Below are positions 1 through 10,082 of a stretch of 64,000 nt of DNA, piece after piece (positions within the stretch are counted from its first letter, which is position 1; every line of letters starts with the position of its first letter). Source of the stretch: Candidatus Thalassarchaeaceae archaeon. GTDB taxonomy: Archaea > Thermoplasmatota > Poseidoniia > Poseidoniales > Thalassarchaeaceae. A model generated the notes under the pieces. It saw only the letters and a program-made list of their open reading frames with translations. It was not told the DNA's origin and made no database searches. Location: NCBI GenBank assembly GCA_034399535.1, contig DASCSS010000018.1, positions 492 to 64,491 on the forward strand, read 5' to 3'. The translations under genes and the position numbers were made by a program.

Positions 1-1
1 A

Positions 2-358
2 ATGATTATTCCAGGGGGCAAGATTGACTCTGGGACGATGCGCCATGCGGCCCAGGCCGAGAGTGACGAGGAGCTAATCGAGGCCTTGAGGAGAAATGGG
101 TCGTTTGACGACTCTGGCTTCGAGGAAGCGTTGAGGGACTCAAAGGGCCTGGGAAGTCTGGATCCCTATGCAGAGTTACTTTCCCACCAGAGGCATGCCG
201 TATTGAAGAGATTCTCATATCTAAGTCCAATTTCCCCGTTCCCCATTATTTTCTATATCGAGCGCAAATCGCTCGAAGTTCGCAATCTACGCCTTCTCGT
301 GCGCGGCAAGGCGGTTGGCCTCCCAGATGAGGTATTGGAAGCGCACATGGACTACTGA
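2..358 (+). CDS. atpC: A-type ATP synthase subunit C, C-terminal fragment (5' end outside window)
   Basis: The 118-aa C-terminal piece ends ...IERKSLEVRNLRLLVRGK..., typical of archaeal subunit C. It lies directly upstream of F-A-B-D in the canonical archaeal atp gene order. Confidence 0.7.
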   Translation: MIIPGGKIDSGTMRHAAQAESDEELIEALRRNGSFDDSGFEEALRDSKGLGSLDPYAELLSHQRHAVLKRFSYLSPISPFPIIFYIERKSLEVRNLRLLVRGKAVGLPDEVLEAHMDY

Positions 359-367
359 GGTGAAAAG

Positions 368-667
368 ATGGAGATAGCAGTCGTGGGATCATTGGAATTC
401 ACTCTCGGTTTCCAGCTCGCAGGGGTTGAGAACCTGTACAACCCGACTGATGATGATGAGATGGCGGATACGCTCCGCTCCCTTCTTAATCAGTCAGAGG
501 TCGGAGTCGTCGTCGTTGACAACATCGACCTCATGAGGCTCCCGGAGAGGCTTAGACAGCAACTCTCCGACAGCGTCACGCCTACTGTTTTGGGCATAGG
601 CACTCAAGAGGACACGACACTCAGGGAGTCGATCAAGTCGGCATTAGGAGTCGACCTTTGGAAATAG
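368..667 (+). CDS. atpF: A-type ATP synthase subunit F
   Basis: 99 aa with N-terminus [20 protein letters not shown], typical of subunit F. It sits between subunits C and A. Confidence 0.8.
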   Translation: MEIAVVGSLEFTLGFQLAGVENLYNPTDDDEMADTLRSLLNQSEVGVVVVDNIDLMRLPERLRQQLSDSVTPTVLGIGTQEDTTLRESIKSALGVDLWK

Positions 668-693
668 AGTCAAAAGAGGAAGGAAGTGAAAAA

Positions 694-2436
694 ATGAGTA
701 AAGAAAATGGAGTAATCTACCGGATTTCCGGACCAGTTGTAACAGCGATAGGGATTTCCCCCCGGATGTACGAAGTAGTACGGGTCGGGGACGAGGGCCT
801 GATGGGTGAAGTAATCGAACTGCATGGAGACCAGTCAGTAATTCAGGTTTACGAAGAGACCTCAGGAATTAGGCCAGGAGAGCCAGTTATCAGGACGGGC
901 CAGACTCTGTCTGTACAACTGGGACCCGGACTGCTAACGCAGATTTACGATGGGATTCAGAGGCCACTGCCAAAGCTGGAGGAGACGATGGGCGTGTTCA
1001 TCACCAGAGGCGTTGATGCAGATGGCCTGGATCTCGAGAGAGAATGGGAGTTCAAACCGAGCGTTAAGGCAGGAGACGAGGTTGTCGGCGGACAGGTGAT
1101 TGGCATCGTGCAAGAGACGGAGACAATCGAACACAGAGTGATGATACCGCCAACTGCCAGTGGGGTCATCAAGAGTATAGAATCGGGATCTTTCAACATC
1201 ACTCAGACCGTGTGCACGCTTGAAGACGGTACCGAAGTTGCAATGATGCAGGAGTGGCCGGTACGTCATCCAAGACCATTTGTCCAGAAGTACGCACCTG
1301 ACGTCCCCCTGATGACTGGGCAAAGGATCCTAGATTTCTTATTCCCGCTAGCAAAGGGGGGGACTGCTGGGATTCCCGGACCATTCGGTTCTGGAAAGAC
1401 GGTTACGCAGCAGCAGCTTGCCAAGTGGTCCGATGCAGAGATTGTTGTCTACATCGGTTGCGGGGAGAGGGGGAACGAGATGACGGAGGTTCTAGACGAA
1501 TTCCCCCACCTCATAGACCCGAACACGAACAAACCCCTGATGAACAGGACCGTGATGATAGCAAACACCTCCAATATGCCAGTTGCAGCCAGAGAGGCCT
1601 CAGTCTACACTGGAGTGACAATTGCGGAATACTTCCGGGACATGGGATACAACGTAGCCCTAATGGCCGACTCAACAAGCAGATGGGCCGAAGCAATGAG
1701 GGAGATATCCTCCAGACTTGAAGAAATGCCAGGAGAGGAGGGTTATCCTGCTTACCTGTCAAGCAGACTCGCAGAATTCTACGAAAGGGCTGGCAGAGTG
1801 AAGACGCTATCAGGAGATGATGGATCCGTTTCGGTGATTGGGGCCGTCTCCCCTCCGGGCGGAGATATTTCGGAGCCGGTTAGCCAAGGTACACTTAGGA
1901 TCGTGAAGGTCTTCTGGGGACTGGATGCCGGGCTCGCAAGACAGAGGCACTTCCCTGCAATTAACTGGCTAAGCTCCTACAGCCTGTACCCCCAGTCACT
2001 CGACCAGTGGTACAGGGACAACATCGCCTCCGACTTCCCTGAAGTCAGAACCGAGATCAGCACCTTGCTGCAGGTGGAAGCAGAACTGCAGGAGATTGTA
2101 CAACTCGTGGGTTCTGATGCACTTCCAATCGACCAACAACTGACGCTAGAGGTCGCGAGGATGATCAGGGAGTTCTTCCTTCAACAGAACGCCTTCCATG
2201 ACGTGGACACCTACAGTGACCTGAAGCTGCAATACGACATGGCAAGGGCCATCTTGTCCTTCCAGGAAGAGGCAAAGAAGGCTATCGCTGGCGGAGCCCA
2301 GTTGGAAGACGTAGTCAACGTCCCAGCTAGGACCGACCTGATGAGGGGCCGGTTCGAGAAAGGATATGGTGGCAGAATTAGTGACCTCGTAACGGAGATG
2401 GGAAAGCAAATTTCTGCCAGCATGGAGGCCAACTAG
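694..2436 (+). CDS. atpA: A-type ATP synthase catalytic subunit A
   Basis: Walker A GPFGSGKT and the full-length A-subunit pattern (no intein). The ORF opens at TTG 658, but ATG 694, preceded by the purine tract AGAGGAAGGAAGTGA, is the likelier start. Confidence 0.96.
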   Translation: MSKENGVIYRISGPVVTAIGISPRMYEVVRVGDEGLMGEVIELHGDQSVIQVYEETSGIRPGEPVIRTGQTLSVQLGPGLLTQIYDGIQRPLPKLEETMGVFITRGVDADGLDLEREWEFKPSVKAGDEVVGGQVIGIVQETETIEHRVMIPPTASGVIKSIESGSFNITQTVCTLEDGTEVAMMQEWPVRHPRPFVQKYAPDVPLMTGQRILDFLFPLAKGGTAGIPGPFGSGKTVTQQQLAKWSDAEIVVYIGCGERGNEMTEVLDEFPHLIDPNTNKPLMNRTVMIANTSNMPVAAREASVYTGVTIAEYFRDMGYNVALMADSTSRWAEAMREISSRLEEMPGEEGYPAYLSSRLAEFYERAGRVKTLSGDDGSVSVIGAVSPPGGDISEPVSQGTLRIVKVFWGLDAGLARQRHFPAINWLSSYSLYPQSLDQWYRDNIASDFPEVRTEISTLLQVEAELQEIVQLVGSDALPIDQQLTLEVARMIREFFLQQNAFHDVDTYSDLKLQYDMARAILSFQEEAKKAIAGGAQLEDVVNVPARTDLMRGRFEKGYGGRISDLVTEMGKQISASMEAN

Positions 2437-2443
2437 GGGTGAT

Positions 2444-3832
2444 ATGATGGGTGGAAAAGAGTACAGAACAATTACTGACGTCAAGGGACCATTGGTGTTC
2501 CTGAACAAGACAGAGCCCGTATCGTACGGAGAGATAGTGCAATTGAGGCTTAGCGATGGTTCGATGAAGAACGGACAGGTCCTAGACACCTCTGACGACC
2601 AAGTCATAGTGCAAGTTTTCGAAGGGACGGCCTCAGTAGACAGGCAAACAGGAGTTAAATTCCTGGGGGACGTGTTCAAGCTACCAGTTAGTAAGGGACT
2701 GGTCGGCAGGATCCTAGATGGGGCTGGGAGGCCCAGGGACGGCGGACCGGAGATTGTCGCGGACGAGATGGCAGACATCATTGGGGCAGCTATCAATCCC
2801 TACTCCAGACAGAGTCCAGAGGCTTTCATCCAAACTGGAATTTCGGCTATTGACGCGTGTACGTCTCTGGTTCGAGGTCAGAAGCTACCAATTTTCAGCG
2901 CGAGCGGACTGCCCCACAACGACATAGCCCTGCAGATAGCCAGACAGGCGAAGCTGGTTGACAGCGACGACGCCTTCGTAGTAGTTTTCTGCGCCATGGG
3001 GATCACAGCAGAAGAATACAACTTCTTCGTTCATGACCTTGAGCGAACTGGAGCGCTGGAGAATGCCGCACTTTTCGTGAATTTGGCAGATGACCCAGCA
3101 GTAGAGCGCCTAATCACACCGAGACTGGCCCTTACAGCTGCAGAATACTTGGCATTCGAACACGACTACCACGTACTGGTGATCTACACGGATATGACAA
3201 ACTACTGTGAGTCACTTAGGCAAATCGGGGCAGCTCGCGAAGAAGTCCCAGGAAGGCGAGGTTATCCTGGTTACATGTACACTGACCTGGCAATGCTCTA
3301 CGAGAGGGCCGGACTGGTAAAGGGGAAGAAGGGCTCAATAACCCAATTCCCCATCCTCACAATGCCTGGAGACGACATAACACACCCGATACCGGATCTC
3401 TCGGGGTACATCACCGAAGGCCAGATAGTCATCTCGAGGGAGCTGCACCAGAAAGGAATTTACCCCCCGATAAACGTGCTTCCATCCCTCTCGCGACTAA
3501 TGAACGCAGGGATCGGTCCGGACAAGACCAGGGAGGACCACAAATCGGTTTCCGATCAGCTCTACGCAGCTTATGCCCAGGGAAAGGAGCTTCGAGGTCT
3601 CGTAGCCATTGTCGGAGAGGATGCCCTGAACGAAAGGGACCTCCAACTTCTGAAGTTCTCAGATATCTTCGAAGACCAGTTCCTCAGACAGAGCAGGGAC
3701 GAGGACAGGCCGATCAAAGAAGGGACTTTGGATCTGGCTTGGGACCTGCTTTCAAACATCGATACCAAGTTCCTCGTAAGGCTGGATCAAAAGTGGATTG
3801 ACAAGTACCATCCAACGGAAAGGAAAGAGTAG
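2444..3832 (+). CDS. atpB: A-type ATP synthase subunit B
   Basis: 462 aa with conserved B-subunit blocks ([36 protein letters not shown]). It follows atpA after 7 nt. Confidence 0.96.
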   Translation: MMGGKEYRTITDVKGPLVFLNKTEPVSYGEIVQLRLSDGSMKNGQVLDTSDDQVIVQVFEGTASVDRQTGVKFLGDVFKLPVSKGLVGRILDGAGRPRDGGPEIVADEMADIIGAAINPYSRQSPEAFIQTGISAIDACTSLVRGQKLPIFSASGLPHNDIALQIARQAKLVDSDDAFVVVFCAMGITAEEYNFFVHDLERTGALENAALFVNLADDPAVERLITPRLALTAAEYLAFEHDYHVLVIYTDMTNYCESLRQIGAAREEVPGRRGYPGYMYTDLAMLYERAGLVKGKKGSITQFPILTMPGDDITHPIPDLSGYITEGQIVISRELHQKGIYPPINVLPSLSRLMNAGIGPDKTREDHKSVSDQLYAAYAQGKELRGLVAIVGEDALNERDLQLLKFSDIFEDQFLRQSRDEDRPIKEGTLDLAWDLLSNIDTKFLVRLDQKWIDKYHPTERKE

Positions 3833-3850
3833 ATAGAATGCAGTGATCAT

Positions 3851-4468
3851 ATGGCCCTAGACATAAAACCGACCAGATCCGAGCTGATAAACCTAAAGCG
3901 ACGGATCAAGCAAACTTCGAGTGGGTACAACCTGCTCAAGATGAAGAGGGATGGGCTATTCCATGAGTTCAGAACCCTCCTTTCTGAGATGATCAGGGCT
4001 AGGGAGGAACTGGTTGGAACTTACCGGGACGCCCTACAGGCAATCAATCTAGCATCATCGATAGAAGGCGGTCTAGCTGTAAAGAGCGCAGCAATCGCCT
4101 CATCAAAGCATCCCGAGGTAACCGTTTCCAAGCGCAACATCATGGGTGTCGTAGTCCCCCAAGTTGATGGCCGGAACCTGAAGCTATCTTCCGAGGACAG
4201 AGGGCTGGGGATGGTTGGAGGCTCGCCCTACATTGACGAGGCCGCCGACTCATACTCGCTACTGGTGGAGAAGATGGTCAAGGCTGCGGAAATGGAGGCG
4301 ACCCTAAAGAGACTCCTAGAGGAGATTGAGGCCACGAAGAGGAGGGTAAACGCACTAGAATTCAAGGTTATCCCGGAAATGAAGGAGGCCCAGACTTTCA
4401 TCCAGCTAAGGCTGGAAGAAATGGAACGCGAGGAGACCTTTCGCCTCAAGAGATTCAAGAACAAGTGA
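3851..4468 (+). CDS. atpD: A-type ATP synthase subunit D
   Basis: 205 aa, starting MALDIKPTRSELINLKRRIK, with a coiled-coil C-terminus typical of the central-stalk D subunit. It is the last gene of the atp cluster. Confidence 0.9.
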   Translation: MALDIKPTRSELINLKRRIKQTSSGYNLLKMKRDGLFHEFRTLLSEMIRAREELVGTYRDALQAINLASSIEGGLAVKSAAIASSKHPEVTVSKRNIMGVVVPQVDGRNLKLSSEDRGLGMVGGSPYIDEAADSYSLLVEKMVKAAEMEATLKRLLEEIEATKRRVNALEFKVIPEMKEAQTFIQLRLEEMEREETFRLKRFKNK

Positions 4469-4538
4469 ATTAGGGTTACCTACGTCGAGAGCGAGGGGTC
4501 AAATCCCACGCCCGGTAGGGCTCACTAGAGGTGGACCA

Positions 4539-7007
4539 GTGGACCCTACGAACAGCATCATTGTTGACTCTGAGACTTGGGGTGCACTCGAGTTGTTCGA
4601 GGTAATAGTGTCAAGGTACTTCGAACTGGGTAGGGAGGGTCCGCTGCCCCCTTCTTGGGAAGTAAGGGGGAAGGAGGGCACCGAAGTCAGCAGGCAACTG
4701 ATTCTGCTAAACAAGCACCTAGAGCCAATGGGAATGGTAGGTGCACTGGAGGAGTCCAATCCACCCGTCCTTTCGATATCTAGGCTACCCACAGGACAGG
4801 TAGTTCTGAAGAAATGGCAACTGGCCATGGTCTGGTTGGCAATGACCGCTCTGATGACGATGATCGGCCTCGAATGGGTGGCTCAGTATGGCCGTGGCAG
4901 CAGTCCCATTGGATTCGGAGCGATTGGCCAGTCGATTCTCTACTTCACTACCCCAATTGTGCTTGTCATATTGACGGCAAGCCAGCTAAAGAGAGCAGTA
5001 GCCAGAAAATTCGGAGTCGAAATAGGGAACATGGTACCCATTGCCTTCCCAATCTCATCACTTTGGCCATTCGGAATCGTTGGAGTAATGGGGCAGAGGC
5101 GTGGTGACTTAGTTCCAGTCCCTGACAGGAAATCTCTAGGGATTATCGAGATGACGCCACCCCTAGCATTGGTAATCCTAGGAAGCGCACTCACAATTTT
5201 CGGCTTGGGTATGACTCCGGAGTCGCCCCCGGAACTAGAAGGGTCCCCGGTTCTCTTTGATACAAATCTGTTAGTAAGTATGTTTTCGGGTTCCTGGTTA
5301 GGGGACGGAATGGGGCTTAGGCTGCAATGGCTCCACCCGACTGGAATTGCGGGCATTGGCCTATCCATAGTGGGGTGGGGACTGATGCTACCTATTCCAG
5401 GATTACCGGGTGACCGCGCAATGCATGCCATCATGGGGCCATCTCAGATGAGGGAGGGGGGTTTCCAAACATCGATTTTCGTTGCAGTGCTAGGAGTGCT
5501 GGTCATCATCTTCGCCACCTCGGACTACTCTCCTTGGGTTTTCCTCGCAGCCATAGGGGTGTGGCAGAGATTCTATCCCGAGAGCATCCCCCAACCGATA
5601 GTTCTGAACGAATTCATGGGACTGGAGGATAGAGAGAGGAGCAGACTGACTGCCATTGCTATGATTATTCTGATTGCTGGATTCCCTGGAGCTTTGCCAT
5701 CATACCAACTAGTGGATTACGATGTTGGACTTTCCACCGAAAGCTGGCCTGAAGAATTGGAGATAGAGGATGAAAACGAAATGGTATTCTCGCTAAAACT
5801 GGAACCCGATGGATTGATGCCGGTTTCGGGTTGGCTGCAGGTGCAAATAGAAGGTAATGCGGACGGTTGGGAAATGGATTCGGATTGCTTCGACTTAAGG
5901 GGCCTTTGCAGGTTCGCCGGCATTACCCAATCTTCAACTGGAGTCGTTTGGATCAATCTTTCCAGGGATGAAGCTGGAAGGAGTCTCCACTCCTTCAGGC
6001 TGGTTATCCTAGTTGACGTACAGGGACACGAAGAGGAGCACTCGATTGTTTTCAGGCAGGGGGGAGCGACCATTGCATTTGATCCAATGTGGAAGGTTGT
6101 AGAAGACTCAGGGACCCCATTGATTTGCACGGAACTTCTAGTGGTTGAAGGAGACGAGTTGGTCGTTTCACTAACTTCCAACAACTCCACCTCCTACAAT
6201 CCATTCTGGTACTTCGAGAATGATACTGTGTTTGACCCCGGTTTCCATGAACTTTGCATGAGGGGTCACGAGGGCGCCTGGGCTTCCCTCTTCCAGACGT
6301 GGGAGAGCTTGGGAGGAAGGAGGAAGGCCACCCTACTGGCCCCCGAGATATTCCTAACTAGGGAAAATGGGACGGACGATAGGCTAATCATGCCGATCGA
6401 CAAGGAATCAAGATTGCAGTTCTCCAATGGTGATTGGGAGATAAAGAATCTTGGAGGTTATGAGGAGTACTCCATCTCCTTCGGCGAGTCGGGTTCGGCA
6501 TTCTGCCCCTCGTCCGAGGTGATGCCAGTTGCTAACTCCTCAGGTGAATGGGATTTCGAGCTATCTGACCGCTCCGCGATATCTGTCCTAGCAAACTACT
6601 CTGGAAATGGCGCTTTAGAGCTTGGTGAAGGTTGGTTGGCATTTTGCACTGATTCCACCATCACCCAATTTGACTTGTACGAAGGCCCAGAGGTGTGGGT
6701 CGAGGGGATCAATGACAACTTCATCTCGGAGACCAGCGGCAACAACTACTCCTCGTTATTCGCAAAGGAGATGGAGATTACGTTCCGAAACAGAGAGAAT
6801 TACACTATGCCAATATCCCTGGAGTGGAGTGGCCAAGCTGCTGAATGGGAGAACTTTGACGTAGTGGTTCCTTCGGAGGTTGGGGCAAAGCAGAACGTCA
6901 CAGCTCGGCTCAGCATCAATGGAACGGCCCCAGATGCATGGGTGGTTTGGCACAATGTCGATGCTTCGGGGGTCACCCTGCACATTGCTGCTCGAACGGT
7001 TTGGTAG
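4539..7007 (+). CDS. Polytopic membrane protein, M50 (site-2 protease)-like core lacking HExxH, plus a large extracytoplasmic C-terminal domain
   Basis: GTG start, 822 aa. The segment SQLKRAVARKFGVEIGNMVPIAFP aligns by eye with the M50 HELGHALVARRYGV... block, but both His residues and the Glu are replaced. A second M50-like block, LPIPGLPGDRAMHAI, is retained. The C-terminal roughly 440 aa are rich in NxS/T sequons. Confidence 0.5.
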   Translation: MDPTNSIIVDSETWGALELFEVIVSRYFELGREGPLPPSWEVRGKEGTEVSRQLILLNKHLEPMGMVGALEESNPPVLSISRLPTGQVVLKKWQLAMVWLAMTALMTMIGLEWVAQYGRGSSPIGFGAIGQSILYFTTPIVLVILTASQLKRAVARKFGVEIGNMVPIAFPISSLWPFGIVGVMGQRRGDLVPVPDRKSLGIIEMTPPLALVILGSALTIFGLGMTPESPPELEGSPVLFDTNLLVSMFSGSWLGDGMGLRLQWLHPTGIAGIGLSIVGWGLMLPIPGLPGDRAMHAIMGPSQMREGGFQTSIFVAVLGVLVIIFATSDYSPWVFLAAIGVWQRFYPESIPQPIVLNEFMGLEDRERSRLTAIAMIILIAGFPGALPSYQLVDYDVGLSTESWPEELEIEDENEMVFSLKLEPDGLMPVSGWLQVQIEGNADGWEMDSDCFDLRGLCRFAGITQSSTGVVWINLSRDEAGRSLHSFRLVILVDVQGHEEEHSIVFRQGGATIAFDPMWKVVEDSGTPLICTELLVVEGDELVVSLTSNNSTSYNPFWYFENDTVFDPGFHELCMRGHEGAWASLFQTWESLGGRRKATLLAPEIFLTRENGTDDRLIMPIDKESRLQFSNGDWEIKNLGGYEEYSISFGESGSAFCPSSEVMPVANSSGEWDFELSDRSAISVLANYSGNGALELGEGWLAFCTDSTITQFDLYEGPEVWVEGINDNFISETSGNNYSSLFAKEMEITFRNRENYTMPISLEWSGQAAEWENFDVVVPSEVGAKQNVTARLSINGTAPDAWVVWHNVDASGVTLHIAARTVW

Positions 7008-7024
7008 TTTGGAGGGCATGGGAG

Positions 7025-7975
7025 ATGAAGATTGGGATTCTTGGCGTCGGTTCGATTGGTGGGGCACTGTTGGGTTCTCTTGCTGACACGGGGGCTTCAC
7101 TGTTGTGCGTTTCACGAGGTAGGACGGCAGATACACTGAGATTAGGTTTGGTCCTGCATACGCCAGAGGGCACGATGGAAATGGTGCCTCCCGGGAGGTA
7201 TCGCGTCCTAGACAGCGAGGAGGGCCCCGTTCCGAGCTCCCAACTGGGAACCTGCGACGTAGCAATTGTGACTGGAAAGGCTTCCTCGACACCGATACTC
7301 GCATCCGTTGCAGAGGAGCTTCTGGCACCTGGAGGAATGGCGATAAGCATCCAGAACGGACTCGGGCACGCAGAGATTCTCGCCCATAAGATAGGGGTAG
7401 AGAGTGTGATTGCTGGCTCGACGACGCACTCGGCATGGAGGGACTCGGATGGTTCGGTCCACTGGTCTGGCAGAGGAAATATTGTCTTGGGAAGAATGGA
7501 CGGTTCCGACCCCGGTGACATTGGGAACGAGCTAATCGCTCTACTCAATGAGGCCGGTCTCGGACCAAAGTGGTCAAGCGAAATACAGGGAGTTGTTTGG
7601 AAGAAGCTCCTGATCAACGTTGCCATCAACCCCGTGTGTGCCATTGCCGGAGTCAGGAATGGCGCTCTTGCGGAGGTGCCGGAGCTATGGGAACAGGCTG
7701 TAGGTTCAATGAGGGAGGCGGAAGCAGTAGCTAAGGCAGCGGGAGTAGAACTCGGGGAGTTTGATGCTGAGGGACTACTGAGGCGGGTCGTCGGTTCTAC
7801 CGCAGAAAACAGGGTCTCGATGTTGCAGGATTTGATGGCTGGGAGGAAGACAGAGGTCGACGTTCTCTGTGGGGTCATTGTCTCCAAGGGAGAGGAGTTC
7901 GGGGTCCCGACTCCTCGCAACGAAATGCTGTTGGCACTAGTCAGAGGGATAGAAATGTCCCAGCGCTACTACTAG
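7025..7975 (+). CDS. panE: 2-dehydropantoate 2-reductase (ketopantoate reductase, ApbA/PanE family)
   Basis: Rossmann N-terminus MKIGILGVGSIGG with PanE-like length and C-terminal domain. ATG 7025 was chosen because the ORF opens at 6938, inside the upstream gene. Confidence 0.75.
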   Translation: MKIGILGVGSIGGALLGSLADTGASLLCVSRGRTADTLRLGLVLHTPEGTMEMVPPGRYRVLDSEEGPVPSSQLGTCDVAIVTGKASSTPILASVAEELLAPGGMAISIQNGLGHAEILAHKIGVESVIAGSTTHSAWRDSDGSVHWSGRGNIVLGRMDGSDPGDIGNELIALLNEAGLGPKWSSEIQGVVWKKLLINVAINPVCAIAGVRNGALAEVPELWEQAVGSMREAEAVAKAAGVELGEFDAEGLLRRVVGSTAENRVSMLQDLMAGRKTEVDVLCGVIVSKGEEFGVPTPRNEMLLALVRGIEMSQRYY

Positions 7976-7987
7976 CCTCTTCCAAAT

Positions 7988-8881
7988 TCAACGTTGGCAA
8001 GATGGGCAGAAGAATGTGGAGCGGTTTGCCTGGACTATCCTCTTCACGGTGCCATGGCAACCTGCCTTGAGACATGGCTTCCCTTCCCTGTCGTATACCA
8101 AGAAGTTGTGAACGAAATAACCCATTGCATCGTCCCCATTCACCCCCCTGAAGTCCTGCAAGGTTGAGCCCCCAGCGTCAATTGCCTCGGTGATTACATC
8201 GTGAGTTGCTCCGGTAATCCTCATGACCCGGTCTGTGATGCCTGTCTTGCCAGCAATGCTAGATGCCTTTCTCCTCGGAGAGACCCCGGCGCGGTGGAGA
8301 ATCTCGCAAACGTAGATATTGCCTAGGCCGGCCACTGTGCTCTGGTCCAACAACGCTGACTTGATTGGCGTCGAACGGCCCCTGAGCCCATTGGCCATGT
8401 CCCTTGGAGTGAGGTGGTTCGGAGTGGGCTCGGGCCCTAAAGAGCGCAGTAACCTATGATCACCTGCGTTGTCCGTAGGGAAGCAGTCCATCATTCCAAA
8501 TCGCCTGTGATCCGAGTAGACAGCCCTATTTCCATTCTCCAGATGAACGACCACCCAGTCATGAGGGCCATCCCCGCTTCCGACGGGAGCTCCACTGGCA
8601 AATTTCCCCGGTCTGCTCTTGATGCCTCTGCCAAGTATGGTCCAGCGACCGCTCATCCCGAGGTGGCATAGCCAAGTCATCTCGCCACTGAGCCTGATCA
8701 GGAGGTACTTCGCCCGGCGATCGATACCGTGAACCATGCGTCCACTAAGAATTGTGTCAAATCCAACAGGGAAGGGGAACCTCAGGTCTTCACGGCGTAC
8801 CTCAACAGAAGAAATTTGCTGCCCTAGGAGGTGCTTCTCCAGCCCTCTTCGAACTGTCTCGACCTCGGGCAACTCTGGCAT
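7988..8881 (-). CDS. mutM: Formamidopyrimidine-DNA glycosylase / endonuclease VIII family (Fpg/Nei)
   Basis: The family requires the catalytic N-terminus MPELPEVE (Pro2, Glu3). A C-terminal zinc finger is present (CLKAGC...FFCPSCQ). Start set at ATG 8881 rather than the ORF-track 8950, because Pro2 must be N-terminal. Confidence 0.85.
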   Translation of the reverse strand: MPELPEVETVRRGLEKHLLGQQISSVEVRREDLRFPFPVGFDTILSGRMVHGIDRRAKYLLIRLSGEMTWLCHLGMSGRWTILGRGIKSRPGKFASGAPVGSGDGPHDWVVVHLENGNRAVYSDHRRFGMMDCFPTDNAGDHRLLRSLGPEPTPNHLTPRDMANGLRGRSTPIKSALLDQSTVAGLGNIYVCEILHRAGVSPRRKASSIAGKTGITDRVMRITGATHDVITEAIDAGGSTLQDFRGVNGDDAMGYFVHNFLVYDREGKPCLKAGCHGTVKRIVQANRSTFFCPSCQR

Positions 8882-8962
8882 GTATGACCGATTCCGAAAG
8901 AGGGCCATTACTGTTGGGAGGGTATTGCGAAGTATTATTCGATGTGCCATCCAGCAGGAATC

Positions 8963-9385
8963 ATGGAGGAAGATTTGAAAGGCAGTGTGCCTGATTGGAT
9001 TAATCCAGAGCAGGATCCAGAAACCCCTCCCGAAACGGTCGTCTTAGAAGGCGCCCCGAACGCTCCAGAGACAGGGGGACCCCAACAGATCTACGTGCAA
9101 GCAGGACAGTTCGGACCGGGGGGTATTATGCCCCAAACGAATGCAGTATTGGCACTAGTTCTCAGCATCCTCGGTATCATGATGTGCTCTGTGTGTACTG
9201 CAGTGCCAGGTTTGATTGTGGCAAATTCGGCACTCGCTACCACGAGTCAGTACCCGGGGCATCCCGATCAGGGAATGGCGAAAGCCGCACAGATAATCTC
9301 GTGGATTGGAATTGGGCTTTTCATATTGATAATTTTGTTCTACGGTGGCTTGATTGCAATGTTAATTGCTTCAGGTGATGTTTGA
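8963..9385 (+). CDS. Small membrane protein (DUF4190-like, two C-terminal TM helices)
   Basis: Pro/Glu-rich N-terminus followed by two hydrophobic helices (AVLALVLSILGIMMCSV, IISWIGIGLFILIILFYGGLIAML). It is divergent from fpg. Confidence 0.45.
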   Translation: MEEDLKGSVPDWINPEQDPETPPETVVLEGAPNAPETGGPQQIYVQAGQFGPGGIMPQTNAVLALVLSILGIMMCSVCTAVPGLIVANSALATTSQYPGHPDQGMAKAAQIISWIGIGLFILIILFYGGLIAMLIASGDV

Positions 9386-10078
9386 AACACACCTGAATAC
9401 AACGTGTTGCTCCTCGAGACCAGTAAGATCTATCATCTCCAGAATATCCAATTCCGAATCTCCGATGATACGCTCGGCCTTCAAGAACCTAGAGTCGATA
9501 TCACCATCGGAAGACCTCTCGCTTGCTGCCTTAAGGCTGAGTAGCCCGGTCCCACCGGGACGGAGGAACACAGAGGCCATCTTGACAAAAGTCTCAGCCT
9601 GGTCTGCGATACTGAGGTCTTGATGTATCCAGTCTGCCCTGGATCTGATGAAGGGTGCGACTTCAGTTGGTAGCCTCGCATCCCCCAGCACCGGGACCAA
9701 TCCACTCCTCTTCTGGGAGAGGGAGACTAGGTCGCGTGTCATCCGAGGTGAAATCTCCACTGCGACGATCTGCCCACCGTGATGGTTGTCAGCACCACAG
9801 ACAACGTCGTGGATGTGGCTGACTGTGCCACCGCTGGATGCTCCGAGGTAGAGGCATGTCGCCCCAGGAGAAGGGAGGATATCGGTCGGTTCGCCCGTCG
9901 TCCTTAGCAATGCAGCTGCCACCTTGGACCGGGATGGGTCCCACTTCCTCCACTCCACTCGTCCGTCCCTCTTCCTCCTCTCTCCTCTGACTGAGACTCC
10001 CTTGACTGCATTCCGAGTCCATAGGCTCCTGCCCTCTCTCCTTGCCCCCCAACCGAGAGAGGCAGCCTTACGTGACAA
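9371..10078 (-). CDS. flpA: Fibrillarin-like rRNA/tRNA 2'-O-methyltransferase
   Basis: SAM motif LYLGASSGGTVSHIHD and WRKWDPSRSKVAAALL. The likely start is TTG at 10078, 4 nt after GGAGGTGA and just downstream of the nop5 stop. The ORF-track start 10177 would overlap nop5 by 95 nt. Confidence 0.9.
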   Translation of the reverse strand: MSRKAASLGWGARREGRSLWTRNAVKGVSVRGERRKRDGRVEWRKWDPSRSKVAAALLRTTGEPTDILPSPGATCLYLGASSGGTVSHIHDVVCGADNHHGGQIVAVEISPRMTRDLVSLSQKRSGLVPVLGDARLPTEVAPFIRSRADWIHQDLSIADQAETFVKMASVFLRPGGTGLLSLKAASERSSDGDIDSRFLKAERIIGDSELDILEMIDLTGLEEQHVVFRCVSNIT

Positions 10079-10082
10079 TCGA

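Noticed and set aside
4494-4512. A tRNA T-arm-like sequence GGGGTCAAATCCCAC downstream of atpD, considered as a possible tRNA fragment or att remnant.
   Set aside because: The stem is imperfect (an A-A mismatch), and no acceptor, D or anticodon arm can be built around it. No integrase or repeat partner was seen. It is probably chance or part of a terminator region.
6973-7920. A 315-aa minus-strand ORF. Similar long antisense ORFs occur at 2146-2796, 5717-6190, 9904-10248, 35595-36224, 40333-41034, 61282-61833, 62301-62897 and 62894-63289.
   Set aside because: Each lies antisense to a gene with strong family motifs (panE, atpA/B, nirK and others). Their translations are Ser/Pro/Arg/Gly-rich with no motifs. 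These are typical shadow ORFs in moderately GC-rich coding DNA.
8882-8950. N-terminally extended ORF-track starts: fpg 8950, PfkB 22168, panE 6938, coxB 43705, coxA 44457, fibrillarin 10177, hbd 49856 and crotonase 38336.
   Set aside because: The extensions overlap neighbouring genes or precede conserved N-termini. Fpg needs Pro2 at the terminus, and the Rossmann GxGxxG should be near residue 10. Internal ATG, GTG or TTG codons with purine-rich upstream tracts fit better.
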